64,000 nt of DNA from Piedraia hortae CBS 480.64. Lineage: Eukaryota. This document shows, one piece after another, positions 61,101-64,000 of this stretch (positions are counted from its first letter, which is position 1; each line of letters starts with the position of its first letter). The notes below the pieces were generated by a model. The model worked only from the letters and a program-made list of their open reading frames with translations, ran no database searches and was not told the origin of the DNA. The stretch spans positions 186,001 to 250,000 of the forward strand of contig MU005968.1 of NCBI GenBank assembly GCA_010093745.1, written 5' to 3'. The translations under genes and the position numbers were made by a program.

Positions 61101-61849
61101 CACACTGCTATCGGTTCCACCATTTCACGTAGTGCAAAGAGAAGTGAGTAGATTCCTTTCTACATTCCAATAACACTTCTTCAGCAAACCGAGGTTTTTA
61201 CTACCCGGAACGCAGTTGCTGTCTACTACACTTTGCGAAGACTCTTGGATCAAGCATATAGTATGACACATACGCCTTTTTCCAAGGTTACCAAGTTCTA
61301 CGGACCGATGCGGACTTTGAACACGCCCAGGAGAGGGAAGTCCCGGTTTCCACACCCTCCAAAGATTGCTAGGCCAGCCCACCGCAATGCACGGAAAACG
61401 AACCGGCCGCCCAAGGGAGACTTCCCAACGCCGCCCACGGCATGTGCCTAACCAATAATTGGACCGTATCATATTTTTACTGCAATACCTGCATCCAAGC
61501 GTCCGTGCCGAGACTCTAGGGAGATGATCTATTACTCCACATCCACATTCCCAACGAAGTAACTTCGTCTCCGCAGTAATGCCCCACCCGCGGCGTCACG
61601 ACACCCACAAGAAGAAGCGTATATGCTGTTCTCCCTCCATTGGTGGGAAGCTGCTGTCTGCAGTGACCATTCTATCGATCCGGGATGGAGACGCTGAATG
61701 CCTCCGTACCACAGGCCGAGCCCCGAGGCATCAATCTGCGGATACGTCAGCCGGGATGGTGGTGGGGGGTAAGGGGGGCCTCTTATGAAGAGCAGCAAAT
61801 CGCGAGACGAATAATGGGAGCACAATGTCGACCGTCACATCAAGCAGGA

Positions 61850-62870
61850 GTTGGTTTTGGTCGGACGGCCCACGGCAATGCGACCAGAACCTGATTGAGG
61901 AAGAGAGAGTCGGTGGAGTGTGCGCTTATGATGGGTATCTTATGTGGGTTGAAAGACCGTCTCCACACAAGAGGACAACAAAGGCTGAGCTATGGCTGTT
62001 ACGGTTAGACACCTTCAGGAGGGTTTTAGAGAGGAGCAGATTGAGATGACGGAGAAAAGCTGACTGGGTGGAGGAACGATGGGAAGGAACTGCGCTTCCC
62101 TCTACGGCTGATGAGGCTCAGGGGAGAGAACGAACAAGATCATGGGAGGAAGAAGTGCGCCATGGGGTTAAGTGGGAAGACGAGAAGGGAGGAAAGCCGA
62201 ACGGAGAGGACGAATGGTATCCGCTCGATTCTGCAGTCACTCTCTCATCTCAAGGTCAAAGACAAAGTGTAGCGATAGTGCTCTCGTGGATGGGAGTGCG
62301 CAGCGACCCGAGCTAGGAGGACGTTGCAATAAACGGAGACCAACGACAGGGACAGGAAAAGACGCAGGTGGGTAGGAGTCAATACCAGTGTCGATGCGGC
62401 AGTGTGAATGACTATGTATGTCTACGAGGGACGTCAGAATAATTATTCTGTACCGGTGGGCCGGTTACATCACGTCGTACACTAGCAGGGTGCATTCGCA
62501 ATATCACATCTGACATGACCCTGAGGGAAAACCTCTGTGAGGGAAAAACCTAGGGTGCAGCTGGTAGTGTAAGGGGTATAGCTGACTTGCTGTGTAAGTG
62601 TCCCGCATACGCGCTAGTGGCGATGCTTGACTCCGACACAAAGTGCGCAGAGAATTGGCAATGACATTGGACAGAAGCGGAGGGACAGCAAAGACGACGA
62701 AAAGAACAACTCGACAAGCGGAGAGGGCGAAATCTGCGTCTCGAGATCAAAGATGCTGTTCTTGTAAGACGCAGAGGCATGATGTCACTGAGGAGGACAA
62801 GCAGGACAGCAACAATAACGACCATCTCATCGATGGACGCGGGGCGGACGAAGTTCATGGACAATAGGTG
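61850..62870 (+). pseudogene. Possible decayed gag relic interrupted by a solo LTR
   Basis: KAELWLLRLDTF; across the LTR the frame reads HLKVKDKVRRELAM; degenerate knuckle CCSCKTQRH. Confidence 0.4.
62268..62638. mobile_element. Solo LTR, family A
   Basis: TGTAG...CCGACA with a perfect TSD CAAAG (62263-62267 and 62639-62643). Confidence 0.93.
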
Positions 62871-63290
62871 CTTCAGCTGTGATGCTATCTGGGCTGGATA
62901 ATTGTGTGCTTGACACGACCAGCACGACCGGCCTGCCCAGATGCTTGGGGCTTCTTTATTTTTTTTTTTTTGGTTTTTTTTCTTTTGGGTGTTGTTTGGC
63001 CTGGATAGGTAAAGTTCCTGCATTGGGGAAGACATCGTTAGAGACCTGATCATCTCATCCTCTTCTCGTTTGTCTCATTGCCACACCTTCTGCTGAGTCT
63101 CATTCCGAATTAATTCCAGACCGTCCCTCATCCTGAACCACTTTAGCCATTACGACTCAAAACCACACAAGGACGGGGAATCAACACAACGGGCAGGACA
63201 GTCGCATGAGCGGAGGTGCAACCCAACCACTAATACCGGCACAGTACTAACCGAGATATCTTTTATATACATACTCTTGCCATCCCTATA

Positions 63291-64000
63291 TCAAACAAAC
63301 TGTCTCGTCAACAGTCTCCTAAACCCCCTATGAACGATCCCCTCACTTGAAATCTCAAACTCCTCCCACCTTGCATCCATACCGCCCGCTAGGACCCTCA
63401 CGACAGCCGTCTCCCCTTCCTCCTTCGCAAAACCCAATACCCCCTTCGGCGGTCGTCCCAAAGGATCATTCGGCAGCGGTAGGACCGGACGCGGAGCTTT
63501 GATTTTCTTCCCCTCGGGTCCCTCTGTTACGATTGGCGTACTTGGCCCGCCCTGCCAGTAAACATCGTCATCTCCAATGTGGAATTCCGTGCTAAAGACG
63601 CTTCGTATGTCGCGGATGGCTCTTGGGGTGAAAGGAGTTTTCTTGAGGATGCCTAGGGCGGTGGCGCCCATGCTGAGGCGAGGAGGGGAAAGGGAAGTTC
63701 CTGTGGCTGGACGGAGGTTGTAGTATTCTTGTACTGAGCCCTGGGTGTTGCTTGCGTAGGAGCGGCCGCCGGAGGATTGTTGGGAGCTGGGTGGACGGGT
63801 GGGTTGGGAGGCAGGGCGGTTGGAATGGGAGTTTGGTCTCCCGGAAATGGTTAGGGGTTCGTGGGAGAGGCGGAAGATGTGGAGGGTTCCCTTGTCGCTG
63901 GTGCATGCGAGCCAGCGGTTTTTGGGCGAGATGGCGAGGCTGTAGATCCTGGCTTGGTCGACTCCTCGGCGGAATTCAAACGCGAGTTGGAGAGTCTGCG
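63291..64000 (-). CDS. hsv2: PROPPIN WD40 phosphoinositide-binding protein, Hsv2/WIPI3-4-like; 5' part lies outside the window
   Basis: The frame is open from the window end: [36 protein letters not shown] (FRRG motif). It is in frame with ORF 63291..63671 (RPPKGVLG...GG.DARWEEF). Confidence 0.85.
   Translation of the reverse strand, partial: QTLQLAFEFRRGVDQARIYSLAISPKNRWLACTSDKGTLHIFRLSHEPLTISGRPNSHSNRPASQPTRPPSSQQSSGGRSYASNTQGSVQEYYNLRPATGTSLSPPRLSMGATALGILKKTPFTPRAIRDIRSVFSTEFHIGDDDVYWQGGPSTPIVTEGPEGKKIKAPRPVLPLPNDPLGRPPKGVLGFAKEEGETAVVRVLAGGMDARWEEFEISSEGIVHRGFRRLLTRQFV

Noticed and set aside
1..64000. tRNA / rRNA genes
   Set aside because: None recognised by eye; tRNAscan-SE or Infernal would be needed to exclude them.

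Overview
Genomic DNA from a filamentous ascomycete (Pezizomycotina). Evidence: short GT..ctaac/ctgac..AG introns, a Woronin-body hex-1 gene, and a btgC-like gene. Conserved genes: Rho1 GEF (partial at the left edge), a GH128/Asl1-like secreted glucanase, a flavin-binding NimA-like protein, a PPR protein, COX7, a C2H2 transcription factor, an Arg/Asp-rich protein, a small secreted Cys protein, hex-1, a GH17 btgC-like gene, a kinase-like/IFI6-like fusion, and a PROPPIN (Hsv2-like, partial at the right edge). These alternate with transposon-rich accessory blocks (about 6-12.5 kb, 20-37.4 kb and 49-63 kb). The blocks contain many solo LTRs (three with perfect 5-bp TSDs), copia and gypsy fragments, a decayed CMC/Plavaka-like transposase and two local tandem gene families. 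Top finding: hex-1 has a 160-codon, twice-spliced, AUG-free N-terminal extension that begins at a CUG in a perfect Kozak context (gccaccCTGg). This suggests non-AUG initiation plus leaky scanning producing two Woronin-body protein isoforms. Second finding: an array of up to six paralogues of a Lys/Ala-rich putative chromatin protein with a shared 3' unit, interleaved with a lesion-free gag ORF and solo LTRs. All family assignments come from recalled motifs; no database search was run.
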